Below are positions 48,641 through 64,000 of a stretch of 64,000 nucleotides of DNA, piece by piece (position 1 is the first letter of the stretch; each line of letters starts with the position of its first letter). Position numbers and translations under genes: made by a program. The notes under the pieces were generated by a model, which searched no databases, was not told the origin of the DNA, and saw nothing but the letters and a program-made list of their open reading frames with translations. The DNA is from the human T2T-CHM13v2.0 reference genome, Homo sapiens: the NCBI RefSeq assembly GCF_009914755.1, contig NC_060936.1. One strand, 5' to 3'.

Positions 48641-50019
48641 GGAACATGGAATGAAACATATGGACTTTAAAGTCTGACAGCCTGGCTGTACCACTTACAA
48701 CTGTGTGATCTTAGGAAACTCACTCAACCTCTCCGAGCCTTACTTTCCTCAAGTGTTAAATGAGAACACTAATCCTTTCCTTTTAGGATTGTTGTGATAT
48801 AATAAATAAAAATCACTTAACAATGCTCAAACTTCAACAGCATTCAACAATGTTTTTGAGGCTTTCAGGTTTTGGGAATACATTGAAGAACAAGGCAAGC
48901 ATATCCCTGACCTGATCATGCTTAGGGTTTAGCTGGGGATACAGGCAAGTTAACTAGAGTGTGGTAAGTACAGTGTGGTAAGTATTCCTACAAGGAAAAG
49001 AAGGAGTAGGATGGGAGGACTAGCTTCATCTTGGTGGTGAGTAGGGGAGAGGAGTATGTCAAGGAAGGATTCCCAGAGGAAGTGGCATCTACACTGAGCC
49101 CCAGGGACAGATGGGAATCTTCTGTCATTTTAGGAAGAGGGTATTATGTGTGCAAAGCTGATAGGCAAGGGAAAGCCTGGAGGTTCTCATCATCGTTAGG
49201 GTTCATATTGCAGATGCCAAGTGCTGGCCGTGCCAGCCCCCACCACCAGCGAGTGGGTCGTATGTCCAGAGCAGGGAGGAGGCATGGAAACTGGGAGGTG
49301 CCAGAGCCCAGGGAGCAGAGCAACCAGGAGCCCGGGGGCCTCATGGAATAACCTAGACTGGCTGTGAGCACACCCTGGACTGGGAATGGAAATATAAGGC
49401 TATTTTAGGGCAGTGTTCTAGCAAGTAAACATGACTTCCTAAGAAGAGGAAAAGGACAAAGGGCAGAAAGGAAGGAGCCAGATGCCATCAGTTACACAAT
49501 GTGCCAGTGAAGGCCATGGGAAACCATGTGAGGGGAGGGAGGAAGCTGCAATCCGTGTGTGGGTTTTTGCTGAATTGGAGTTTCCTCTCTCCTCTCCGGG
49601 ACATGTTGTGCTATGCCATGTTGTGCTATGGCATTTGAGATTATCTGGGGGCCAGAAGGACTTCATATCCAAGTGATAATAAGGGTATATCCTCTTGAAG
49701 CATCAATGCTACTTAAAGATTGCTTTTTTGAGGGAAAGCCTATCTTATTTTAAAAATGTATCTAATAGATATTTCATAGAACAGAATGCAAATATGTTTT
49801 GGGTTTTTGCTTAGGATAAAATATGGGCCTTCAAGGAAATGCCTCCACTGGGGAGAGCTGGTCCCTGCTCTTCCCTTAGACCCAGGTTAGCCAGTATGAG
49901 GTTACTTTGTTCTGGCATTGAGAGTACTTGGCCAGAGAAAGAGAAGTTTAAAGCCCAGGTGAGAGTCTAGCCTGAACTTTCTTTTCTCTGAAGGCTATGT
50001 CTTGCCAGCCCCCCATCTC

Positions 50020-50150
50020 CAGGACGGGCTACATGATCTGTGGGACCCAGTGCAAAATGAAATTATTAAAAATTTCAAGATGGGGACAGCAGTGCACTAA
50101 AAGCATGGGACCCTTCTAAGCAGAGGGCTCTGAGTGATCGGGCAGGCCCC
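50020..50150. mobile_element. MER91-like fragment; a related copy lies at ~58190-58370
   Basis: Both share the motif GGG(A/C)CCAGTGCAAAA. Confidence 0.5.
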
Positions 50151-51949
50151 ACACCTATGAAGCTGGCTCTGCCCACCTCCCTCCCCTCATCCCAGCACCT
50201 ATCTGGGACATTTCTGAGGTACAGCACCAGCTAAAGAGAGAAGAGATAGAGACTTTCCCCTTGTATGTCTTATTTATAATCTTTTCATGCCTCCCACAGG
50301 ATCTCTGTCTTCTCCAAATTGTTGGGAAGATGGAGGACAGGGCATGATTCCATGGAGGTTTCATTTTGTTGATTGGTTCTGCAGATGTCTTTGATGCCCG
50401 CCTGAGTTTCTTCACAGAAGTAAGTAGAAAGAGAAACCCTTTGTGGCCAACCATGTATCCCTCCCCTGTGCCTACAGGTGGATCTGGAGAACATGAGGCT
50501 TGAGCTCTGTTGCCTATGTTACACCCTGGCCTATCTGTGTGATTCTGGCTAAGGGTGAATGGTAGGATATTTTCATCCAAAATTTACAGGTGACCTAACC
50601 AAAATCACTGTTTCCCAAGAAGGTAATGTCAGGCCAGGAAGGCAGGTACTGGTTCACAGAGAACAACCTTCCATGTAAGTTATAACTGTGGGAGCCAGCA
50701 CGGGACATTCATACCCATTGCTCCTACGGAATACTTGGCTCGATATTAGAAAGGAGCTCAAGGTAGTACACTTCACGTGCCCCGGTAACGGTGAGCCTCC
50801 TTCAGCAGGTATGTTTTTTCTCTCTCTTTTTTTTTTTAAGCAGGAATGGAAGAACCCAAGGATTTCCTTTTGTGGTTAAAAATCTTACAGCAGCAGTTCT
50901 TTCATATTTCCGTGCATGGAATATTCTTCCTCCTGACTCTTCTGTTGGAATTCTATCTAGCTTTCAGGGCCTATTTCAGAAGCCACAATCTCTTCAATAA
51001 TCTTTTCTGACAGTCCTATATCCCTGTATTTATTTTTTCCTTATTTTGTAACATCTTCTAAGATGTTTATTCCATAATTTACAAAATACCTACTATGTAC
51101 TTGATATACTTATCATTCTCTGTTTTGAATTCATTTATTCATTCACAAACATTGCCCCATGAGTGCCTTCTCTGCCCAGGTGCTATGTAACAGTGGCAAT
51201 CCAGACAAGCTCAGTCCCTGCCCTGATGGTGGTGCAGCCTGGAGGCAGAGAGAGTTCTTGTTGGTGACAAGGGCTACTTGTGACTCATCTGTGTGTCTCC
51301 TTCAGTGGCAGGCACAGCCTCTTCTGTTTACTATCTGCTCAATAAAAATATTCGTTGAATCAAATGGAACATGATATGATTCCAGTTGCACTTTGTGACA
51401 AGTGAAATAAAAGTCTGTCACAATTCTAGACAAATGTTTTGCTAGTTGTGGGATGGGTTATAATATCAATGCCTTCACCACAGAAGTCGTTGCTGTGTGT
51501 TTATGGTGGCTTTGTCAGCATTACAACATAGAAATCCATCAGGCGTGAGTTATTCCCAGCCAGATTTTCTATTTTTGTTAGGCTTTTTTTACAATTGCTT
51601 TTATTAGTTATTCCTTCATGATGTCTTGGAGAGCCACCCCATAAAGTTATTCATGCTGGTTAATTTAGGAGCTCCTTCATGGCATTTCAAGATTTACCAG
51701 CTTTGTAGGTGGTGATAGAAATGTCATGAAATGTTTTTGTTGTGTATTTTCTCTGTGCCACATCATTTAGAAAAATAAATAAAAACTTTTAAGAACATCA
51801 TATACTGCTAGTCTAGCATGGCTTTGGGGGTATTGCCCAACCTGGAAGCGTATGACATACATTCCTTCAGTCCCCTCACTCTGTTCCCATCTCTCTGAAA
51901 CTGCCCTATAAAGGTTGCCAAAGACCTCCAAGGAGCACGTATTTTGTCT

Positions 51950-52310
51950 GCCTCTGCGGCAGCCTCTCATCAGTACTGGGCATAGTTTACACTCCCTCTC
52001 CTTGAAGCACTACCCTCTCTTGGCTTCTGAGACACACACAGTCTGGATTTTTATCTCTCTCAGGCTCCTTTGCTGACTTCTCTCCTTCCCCAAGTGAGGG
52101 CCTTCTTGGCTCTTTGCCTTCTCTGTGTACCCCTCTCCTTAGATAATCTCATCCAGCCCCTTGGCTTTAACTCCCATCTATGTGCCAGTGACCCCTGATT
52201 TCAATTTTCATCCCTGACCTCTCCTCTGTGCCCCAGATTGACATATCTCAATGCTCACTTGACATTTCTACTTGGATGTTTAATAGGCCTCTCAAACTCA
52301 ACATTTTAAA
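51950..52310. mobile_element. L2 fragment
   Basis: Motif CACTTGACATTTCTACTTGGATGTTTAATAGGC. Confidence 0.6.
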
Positions 52311-52449
52311 AAAGCAATTTTTTTTTAGCTTTCTTAGGTAGTGTGTGTTTATATCTTGGCTTCTGATCATGAGAAATGCAAACTACTGCCATCTAATTTT
52401 CAAACAGTAATACCACCTTACATTACAGTTGAAAAGTACAGATGAAAAG

Positions 52450-54089
52450 TCCCCTCATCCAGACACAGGTGTCTGCAGCAGAAGCCATGTGCAGTACGTC
52501 TGGTCCAGCCACAGCCTCACATGGAGCCAGCACCTGTGCTGGTGCCTGGAGCTGCCTGCCCTGCAGTAGCAGCCTGCATGCCTGGCTGTGTGCAGTGGCT
52601 GGATCCTGCGCTTGCTTGCCCACACACCCCTTGCTGCTCCACATCTGGCTCATGTTTGGCAGGTGTGGAATCCGGGCCAGTAGCACAAGCTGAGCACAGC
52701 CTGCTGGGCCGAGTGGGCAGAACGAGCCCAGGAGGCCCGAGTAAAACTCAGGCAAAGGTGCCGCCAGCCACAGAGGCTTCCAGCTGGAAAAGTGACACCC
52801 CTAAGGATCCCAGGACACTGACACCTACTCGCTTAGTGATTGTGGATATAATTTTAAATCTTTACGAAGCTCATTTAAAAAAATTTGTAAAACAAAGTAC
52901 TCAGCATGCTGCCTGGTGCGTAGTAGAAGTCCAGTCAATGGAAGCTTAGAAATGCCAGGACCACAGAACCGTGGGTGTCACAGCCCTGGGTTCAGGAGCC
53001 CCCAGGTCTGTGCTCCCCAAAGGGCCGCAGCTCTTCTCTTCTTCTTGTTGCTTACAACATGGTGAGTGTGTGTGGGGGTGGGGGGGCATGTTTCAGCCCT
53101 GTTTAATTTATACCTCTTTTAGTCCTGCCACTTGGTGGGTCCTGAGTTCTTGTGCTGCATCCAGAAAGAATGAGGTACTCAAACAACTGGAGGATGAGCA
53201 AGGGAGAGAGGAGCTTCACTGAGCAGCAGAACAGTTCTTGAGGAGGCCCAAAGTGGGTAGCTCCTATCCGCAGACAGGTTGTCCTGAGGTCTGTGCAGCC
53301 CTCAGCTGAGAGGAGACCCAGAGCAGGTAGCTCCTATCCTCAGGCAGGTCATCCCATGTCTGCCTGAGTCTGGCTGAGTCTGGGGTTTATACAGGCTTTA
53401 GAGGGGAGAAAGTGTGTATGGATTGGTCCATGGGTGGCCATGGGTGTCCAAGAAAAAGCACCATAAGTTCTCATTCCAGTCTGCAGAACTGAAAGCCGAG
53501 CCCCCAGGCTTCAGGCCGTCCCCAGCTTGGAGGTGGGGCTTCACTGAGTACCTGCCCCTTTCCACCCAGGAGCCTGTCTGCCTCCTGCCACCATCAACCT
53601 GCCCTCCACGGCACCCACAGTGCCCAGGCTGTTCCTGCTAAGGGGCTCCTGCAGGCCTACACTGCTTTCCATGCTCGTCAGTGCCCAAAGTGTGGAGGGG
53701 TCCTAGGTGGCAGGGTGCTGGCATGTCAGTGCCTCAGAGCATGCACACTTGGCCAAGTCATGTCAGCACCCAGGTTTGGCCACAGTTTGCTCCAAAATCG
53801 GAGCAGGTGCCAGGAGCAGGGAGAGGTTAGACAGTGGGAGCAGTCACCTCTGAGTCTGCAGGGGCAGGGGGAATTCCTGGGCCCCAAGAGTGCAGGGATG
53901 CCAGGGTCTGTAGCCAGGGCTGGGCAGCTGCAGCTGCACCCAGGAGGGCAGGGATCCCATCCCGCCAACTTGGAAGGGTCTGTTCCCGGCTCCCACTGGC
54001 TCCATGGAGCCTGCTGCCCCAGCCACGCCTCCCCCACTACAGCTGGCATCATGGCAGCAGCCACTCCACACAGGCCACTGCTGCCATCA
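52450..54089 (-). mobile_element. MER52-type LTR whose terminal ~370 bp (52450-52817) is inverted relative to the body (52941-54089)
   Basis: GC-rich MER52-like sequence with termini ...GGATCCCAGGACA (52817) and ...CTGCCATCA (54089). Confidence 0.8.
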
Positions 54090-54941
54090 CCAGCACTTGG
54101 ATTCAAACCTAGGTCTGTCTGACTCCAAAACCTGGACTCCTTGCACAAAATTACCTTGTTTAATCATCACAACCCATTGGCCGAAGGACCTGTGCTTGAT
54201 TATCCCCATTTGCCCAGTAAAAAACAGACAGGTTAATGATTTGCTCCACACATAGAACAAGTTATCAGGAGCCAAGGTTAGAACCTTCCTTCCCACTCTT
54301 CCGTGTTTTTTCAGAGCACCAAATCACAGTTCACATGTTACGTTGTAAAAGCTCTATTAATGGCAGTTCCATTTTACTTATGGATAGACATAAAATGTGA
54401 TTTCTGAGAATCTTAAACATTGCGATAAATATGGCTTAGCTTCAACACAGGTCTGGTAAATTCCTGTTTGTTCCAGTTCACCTATGAATCAGGTACTGTT
54501 TCTACCCCTTTATTGGTTCCAGAATCCTCTCACAAGTCCTATGAACAATGGTGCTAATAACATAAGGGCACAAACACCCTCCTCGGCCTTTATCCTGTCT
54601 TTGGCTGCCCTGACGCCATCACCAGACAATCAGCAGACCACCCCGAGGAAGGGTAGACATCATCTTATCTGGGTTTTATTCCTTTATTTGTAAAATCGTA
54701 GAGATTGTATCATAAAAATCCAGCAAGAAGGTCTCATGTCCTTGAATCCCACTATTCAAAGCAGGTTCCCAGAGGAGAGCATCATTTTGTGTCCTGGCAA
54801 GAAGGTCTCTTCTTGAAGCTGCTGACATGGTATCCTCAAACCTGTATTCCAGAAATGGTGTCTGTGATGTGCTGTGACCAAGCAGTGATTCTCAGAAAAA
54901 AAAAAAAAAAGTGGTCATGGACACAGCTCTCTGGTGATTCT

Positions 54942-55953
<1,012 letters not shown>

Positions 55954-56009
55954 TTTAAATGCCTTTTTTAATTTTCCCCTCAAACCCCTTCCACTCAGTC
56001 CCCTCCACC

Positions 56010-56840
56010 CCCAGCTTTTCTGTCGCAGGAAATGAAACCACCTTACACTGTTACTCAAACCAAAACCCCAGGAGTCTTTGACTCTCCACCCACCCCAACC
56101 AATGCAATACATCAGGAAGTTCTGTTAACTCCATCACCAAGATACCTCCTAATGCTGTTTGTGACACCTCCACTGCTGCCATCTTGGTCCGAGATACCAT
56201 CGTTTCTCTCCTAATCCCCTCCCTGCTTCCTCTCTGGCACCTGTAGTCTAGTTATAGCTCAAATGCCAGAGGGGTGTTTTAAAACATAATCAGAACATGT
56301 TCTTTTCACTCCAGGGGCTTCTAGTCACACTCAGAATCAAACCCAAAGCCTCTTCCTTCCTGGCCTCTGAGACCCTATATGAACTATCCCCGCCTGCCTC
56401 TCATCCCTTGGTAACACTATGTTATAGCCACACGTGCCCTGAACACACAGATCTGCCTCTCACCCAAGGGCCTTTGCACAAGCTCTGCCCTGTGCCAGAC
56501 ACATTCTTCTCCTAAGTCGTCCCATGTCTGGTTCCTTCTTATTCGGGTTTCAACTTCAATGCCATCCTCTTTGAGAGACCTTTGACCACTTAGATGTAGC
56601 CCCCAGTTCCTGCACCCCAGCTGTCATTTCCTTGCACATCTCTGTCTTATCTTCGTCATACCATTTACTATTATTACATATTTTCTCCTTATTTATACAT
56701 TCCTGCCACCTCAGAATGTGAATGCCATGAGAATAGGGTCCTGGTCATCCCGTTCAGTGTTGCATCCCAGCACCCACAGCAGTCCCTGGCACAGAGTAAG
56801 TCTTCAGGATATGTTTGATGATTAAATGAATGAATGAATA
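56010..56840. mobile_element. L2 3' fragment
   Basis: L2-like sequence ending CAGTCCCTGGCACAGAGTAAG...TGAATGAATGAA. Confidence 0.65.
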
Positions 56841-58731
56841 TCTTTTAGAAAGAGCCAGTCCTATCCATAGACTGCAACCTAAATGATGAGACTCAGAAGT
56901 GTTTCAAAATCCCCATTGCCTAATAAGACATTTCAACTTTTAGATTAATTCCAGTGGCCACTGCCTTAAAATATCATTGTTATTGTAAAAAAAAAAATTA
57001 CCTAAAGGAGAACAGAGGTCTTGTACTACGCTGTTAATTCTTCAAAACTTAAGACTGAGTTAGTTTTCAAATCATTTTTATCTTAGAAATCAAAGGCAGT
57101 TGGACCAAGGACAAATACATTATAATGAAAGTGTGAAAGAGAGAATATGAAAAGTTGGCTGCATGGGGGCATTGCCCAGTCAAGACAGATGTGGGTGAAA
57201 CATCATGGGCAAGGAGGGGGTTTTCCCACGAGAGGCCAAAATTGGAGAGAGGGTGAAGAGAGGGTTTGCTGGGTGCTTCTCACATGCTAGCATCGTGTTA
57301 GTTGCCTTAGGAATAAGGAAGAAGTGAAGCACAAACTCTGGCCCTCAGAACCTTCTGGGAAACCTGATGCTATGGTAATTTCTGGTGAGGATGATCATGT
57401 TTAATAAACAAGGCACAAACATTTCAGCTCTGCTATATCCCCAGGCGTCTCTCCCAAAATCAGTTTACTTCTCTACTTTACAAGAAAAATCGGTTAGCTT
57501 CAGGGTTTATAAAACTCACTAAAACATACAAATGTAAAACCAAATGTTACCCTGCTGATTTGAAAGGGATTCTGGCATGACTTCTCAGATAAAGATACAA
57601 ATACATTCTTTGTTCATTTCCATGAACGGCCTTTTTATGGCTTTTGAGACCTAGTCTAAGTCAGTAAAAGTCAGAATTTGTGTTGCTGATAGGTGTTGGC
57701 CTTGTAAAACTGGAAAAAAGGAATCACATTTTCTATAACATATGAATGCACAAGTGATTCATTCTTTGGCTCAGGATGGAAACATTTATTTTTGGCACTC
57801 TTGATTCTTCTTTCTTCATTAGCTTCACAGATTTTTCTCAATACGATGTCGACGTTGGATGGGCTTCATTCACAAGGAAACACCAAGATAAATGGGGTGA
57901 CTAACATCCAACTATTTAAAACTTGTAAATATTTATGAGAAAATTATATCCGTCTTTGTGGGGATTTCTCTCTGAAACGTGGATGTAACTATTGAGGGCT
58001 CTAGCTTCCCTTTTAAATGGTGGATTCTAGTGTTAGTATTGCAGTGCTCTACAGCAAAATCAGTATGACCATTGTGTATAAAATAGCTACGCTGAATCTT
58101 GAATAAAAGGGATAATGCTTCTTTGCTTGTACGACCCTTCCCACTGCTGAGTCTAGAACATCATATTTTGAGATCAGTGACCTAAGTCCTGGACCAGCAA
58201 GATAATTCGCAGGGCCCAGTGCAAAAAGGAAATATGGGGCCTTTTGTTAAAATATATATATATTAAAAATGTCAAGATGATAACAGAGAACATCAAACAA
58301 GCATGGAGCTCCTCTAAATGTGGCAACCTATGTGACTGTACAGGTCTCAAGCCCAGAAAGCTGACCCTGCACAAGCCCTCATTTGAGACCTTTGCTATGA
58401 CTTGTTCAGGTGAATTAACGATTCTGTACCTACTTTGTCCTATCTGCAGAACAGGTGAAAAGAGTAACATATTTTCTATTAATCATGATGATTACCTATA
58501 ACAACTGAGAGTTGATTTTTTAGTATACCAGTCAGGCAGGTAAAAGGCGATGCAACTTAGCATTGGGGACTGTCATCCCCAGTAAAAACTAGGAAATTTG
58601 TAAATGTCCACTTACTGGTTGTTACCCAAATAGAATAGACAGGGACAGTGGTCTGAGGATTGAGGTACAAATATCAGAAGGATGAGAAGAGTCATGAGAA
58701 AAATAATGAAAATACCTATAGTCTTAAAAAA

Positions 58732-59164
58732 ATTTTTTTTTGAGACAGAGTCTTGCTCTGTCACCCAGGCTGGAGTGCAGTGGTGTGATCTCAGCTCACT
58801 GCAACCTCCAGTGAGCTCAAGCGATCCTCCTGCCTTAGCCTCCCAAGTAGCTGGGACTGCAGGCACATGCCCCCATGCCTGGCTAATTTTGTGTTTTTTG
58901 TAAAGATGGAGTTTTGCCATGTTGCCCAGGCTGGTCTTGAACTCCTGGGCTCGAGTGGTCCACCTGCCTTGGGTCTCCCAGAGTGCTGGGATTACAGATG
59001 CAAGACACAGTGCCCAGCCTAAATTTTTTATTACATATATTTTATTTTAGAGAAGAGGTTTCACCATGTTGCCCAGGTTGACCTTGAACTCCTGGGCTCA
59101 AGCAATCTTCCCACCTCAACCTCTGAGTAATCAGGACTACAGGTGTGCAACACTGTGCCTGGCT
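58732..59164 (-). mobile_element. Alu followed by a FLAM/monomer
   Basis: Dimer at 58732-59019 and monomer at 59035-59164. Confidence 0.9.
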
Positions 59165-59177
59165 TATGTATTTTTTA

Positions 59178-59429
<252 letters not shown>

Positions 59430-59497
59430 TTATTTTTAATGTTTAAAGTGTTTCGTGGTCTTTTTAAAATAGGTTTTAAAAAATTGTGGTAATAATG

Positions 59498-59860
<363 letters not shown>

Positions 59861-60134
59861 TCAGTAGTTTTAAGTACATTCACACTGTTGTGTCACTGTT
59901 GGGACATGGAAAACAACACCCTAAAATGAAGGCCTCAGAAGCAGCCTGAGAAGCAAAAGGTTTTCTCTGACCTTCTCCTGCTCGCCTCCTGTCTCTCAGT
60001 CCCACTCTTCCCCGAGGGCAGCCATAGAAACTAGAATCCCTCTTCCCCACGTGGGTCCTAGAAACCAGAACCCCTTTTCCCGAAAGCCAGCTATAAAACC
60101 TAAAAATATTATCAAACTTTTCATCCGCCTTTCT

Positions 60135-60706
60135 TGTAAACCAAAAATAAAATTCTAAGTACTCCAACCATCTGAACAGACTCCTCCTCTTGGCAAGGGC
60201 ATCCCAAAGTTAACCTGAAAAACAAGCTCAGGCCATGATGGGAAGGGGGAGCCAGACATGCCTCATTGTACCCTCTTCCTTTTAGAATTGTTGATAGAAC
60301 AGACTCCTTAAGTCTGATAAGAAACATTTACAATCTGTTCTCTCTGAAGGCTTAACCTGCACGATAAAACCTTCGTCTCCACAATCCTTTATCATAACCC
60401 AGACATTCCTTTCTATTGATAATAACTCTTTCAACCAATTGCAAATCAGAAAATCTTTAAATCTCCCTGTGACCTGGAAGTCCCCACTTTGAGTGGTCCC
60501 ACCTTTCTGGACCAAACCAATGTACATCTTACATGTATTGATTGATGTCTCATGTTTCCCTAAAATGTATAAAACAAAGTCGTGGCCTGACCACCTTAGG
60601 CACATAGGCAGGGCCTCTTGAGGCTGTGTCATGGGTGTGTCCTTAACCTTGGCAAAGTAAACTTTCTACATTGATCGGGACCTGTCTCATATACTTTTGG
60701 TTTACA
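60135..60706 (+). mobile_element. MER4-group ERV1 solo LTR
   Basis: Termini TGTAAACCAAAA...TTTTGGTTTACA with a perfect 4-bp TSD TTCT. Confidence 0.85.
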
Positions 60707-60747
60707 TTCTGTATAAAAACTGGTCATAAGGAAATGATCGGACCTAC

Positions 60748-60819
60748 CTTGTTTGATTGTAGGTCATAAGACCCCCATTCCAGAAAGGGTCCTGTCCCAT
60801 ACGCAGAAGGAAGAAATGC
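60748..60819 (-). other. CPM: Probable distal alternative first exon of CPM, antisense within a MER39-type LTR
   Basis: Strong donor AAG|GTAGGT at 60748/60747. The spliced product ...aatcaaacaag|aacATGgac matches my recollection of a CPM transcript 5' end. The start coordinate rests on that recollection. Confidence 0.7.
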
Positions 60820-61800
60820 TGCTCAGAGAGGCCAAGAAGAATCTAGACAGACAGGCCTTGCTGGGTTTCCTCACTCCATCTGTTAAAGTTACATCATACC
60901 CTTTTGTCCAGTCATATTTCTAAACAGCTCTACATACTTTTTGAACCTAAGCATAAAAATGTGCACTTTCCTCTGTCTTCATTCTGAAGGTTCCCATGTA
61001 CACATTAAATGCATTTGTATGTTATTTCTGCTACTAGTCTGCCTTTTGTGAGTTGATTTTTCAGTGAAACTTCATAGGGAGAAGGGGAACTTTTCCCTTG
61101 GCCCCTAGATAACTAATCTCCAGAACATTCTCGCCTTGCAAAACTGAACTTCTATGGCTATTACACAACTTCTCATTTCCCCATCCCCCTAGTGCCTGAC
61201 AACCACCATTCTACTTTCTGTCCCTATAAATTTGACTATTTTAGACACTCCCACCAGTGGAATTTTATAGTATTCATCTTATTGTAACTGGCTTATTTCA
61301 CTTAGCATAATGTCCACAAGGTTCATGCATAGTATAGCATATGTCAGAATTTCCATCCTTTGAAATGCTAAGTAATAATAGTTCATGGTATGCATATACC
61401 ACTGTGGGGGAAGAAAAAAATGTTTTCCTTTACCTTCTTAGGTTCAGTATCTGGGGCCCTGCAAATTAGACTGACAAAAGACAGATTAGCAGGAGGAAAG
61501 GTTTATCATGTATATATACAGGGGCCTTCCTAGAAAAGTGAAGGGGCAGAGAAGCAGTTAGACCTAAGAGGTGACACAGCATTTTGACAAACAGTGATAC
61601 ATTTGATACATTGCAGAGATTGACAAGACAAAGGAAAAGGGGGATTCCTAATGGTGGTAACTTGTGGGAAGGAAATATATAGGGAAATAAATAGAAGAAA
61701 AGGGTGGTTTAGTAAGGTTTGTTATATACATTCCTCTCCAGGTCTTTGGGCTGAAAAGAATCTAGAGTCATCTCCAGTGATGAAGAGCCCCGATGATTAA

Positions 61801-62551
61801 TGAAACCACCTTTGCGAAGATTATGACAGCAAGAGGAGTCTAACATGACCAACTCCATCTTGCTTCTAGCCTCACAGACTGGCTGTCTTCACGCATTCCT
61901 GGGCATAGGAAGCTAACCATGGAAGGGATTTAGTTTCTAGTTTAATGTGGAAGCAAGGATGACAATCCCTCCCTAAAACTGATCCCCTCCTTGTTCAGGA
62001 GCTGAAACCACCTTTGTAAAACTGATGAAAGACCGCAAGATTAGAACTATGGGAGTGGCCTAAATTCTGCTAAAATATAGTTTCTATAATCCCTTACTAC
62101 TCAGGAGTCATGTGGCCAGAGGTCACAAGATTTGTGACTTCCCCTATTGCTCCTATAGATAACATTATGATTGTAGAACTTAAGATTGATCTTTTGAGAT
62201 GTTTTTCAGACTTTTGCATTTTGGCCACTGACCGACGCTACTGACTCATGACTCAGCCGGTCCCATGGCCCCCACCCAGAGGCAGACTCAGTGCATGAGG
62301 ACCATCTTCCACAACCCTATGATTGTATCCTCAGTCAGTCAGCAACACGTATTCCCTAGTCCCCTACCCACCAAGGTATCCTTAAGAAACCCTAACCTCC
62401 AAGCCTTCAGGAAGACTGATTTGAGTAATAACTCCATCTTCCATGTGGCCAGCCTAGTGTTAATTAAACTCTTTCTTTACTGCAATACCACAATCTCAGT
62501 AAATTGGATTTGTCTGTGCAGAGGGTAGACCAAATCCATCAGGTGATTGCA
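61801..62551 (+). mobile_element. LTR8-type solo LTR
   Basis: Runs from TGAAACCACCTTTGC to GGTGATTGCA with TSD TTAA on both sides; homologous to 42306-42986. Confidence 0.8.
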
Positions 62552-62600
62552 TTAAGAGTTGTTCTCTTCCTTGGCAAGGGAGAGGACACCTTTATAAACG

Positions 62601-63595
<995 letters not shown>

Positions 63596-64000
63596 AATGG
63601 AAAGTCATGTCCTGCTTTTAGCCAGATAGGGGGAGGGCAGAGAGTTTTTGTTTGTTTGTTTGTTTGTTTTTTGTTTTCTGTCTGCTGTTTCTTGATTGTC
63701 TTCAGCTCAAAATAATTCTTATGCCAAAGTGGCATATTTTGGGGTGTCATATTCTGGTTCCCTTCACCACATTTTGTTTATCCATTCATCCATTGATGGA
63801 CACTTGGGTTGTTAGGCTTTTTAAAAGTACTCCCAAAATGTCTTATCAAGACATTAATTTGAAACAAGTGCAGTGCTCTCTCTAAAAGGAATTCTACTGA
63901 ATAAAATTTCTCCATTGTTACCAACAGCAGACTGTGTTTTGGCTGCCAGGTTAAAAAAGCAAGTTAAACCAGCATTAAGTAAATAATCGACCATTATTTC

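Larger units (their letters stand above)
59897..61109 (+). mobile_element. MER39-type ERV1 solo LTR, interrupted by a MER4-group LTR
   Basis: Starts TGTTGGGAC...AAAATGAAGGCCTCAGAAGCAGCC and ends CCCTTGGCCCCTAGA. Degenerate TSD TCAC/TAAC. Confidence 0.75.

Noticed and set aside
52423-54255. Cluster of 75-142 aa ORFs
   Set aside because: They lie within GC-rich MER52 LTR sequence.

Overview
This is primate (human-like) genomic DNA from the 5' half of the carboxypeptidase M gene, CPM, on the minus strand. The human chr12q15 location next to MDM2 is recalled, not read from the sequence. The only intact protein-coding sequence is CPM's first coding exon (30254-30413). It is preceded by a short non-coding exon in a CpG-island promoter (~30450-31350), and probably by a distal alternative first exon lying antisense inside a MER39-type LTR (~60748-60819). 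Positions 1-30253 are CPM intron. Two decayed processed pseudogenes are present: a GNAT2 3' fragment (~11379-11894) and PRELID2 (~54942-55253). The rest is about 30 Alus, several L1s (two of them 5'-inverted), ERV LTRs including a nested cluster, MIR, L2, DNA transposons and microsatellites. I see no new multi-gene system; nearly all ORFs in the track are repeat-derived or chance. The unusual signals are structural: a retrocopy fused to a local 365-bp duplication, two multi-donor templated insertions, a ~490-bp inversion splitting a MER52 LTR, and a uORF-laden LTR-derived CPM leader. Repeat subfamily names are from memory of consensus sequences and need RepeatMasker or Dfam confirmation.
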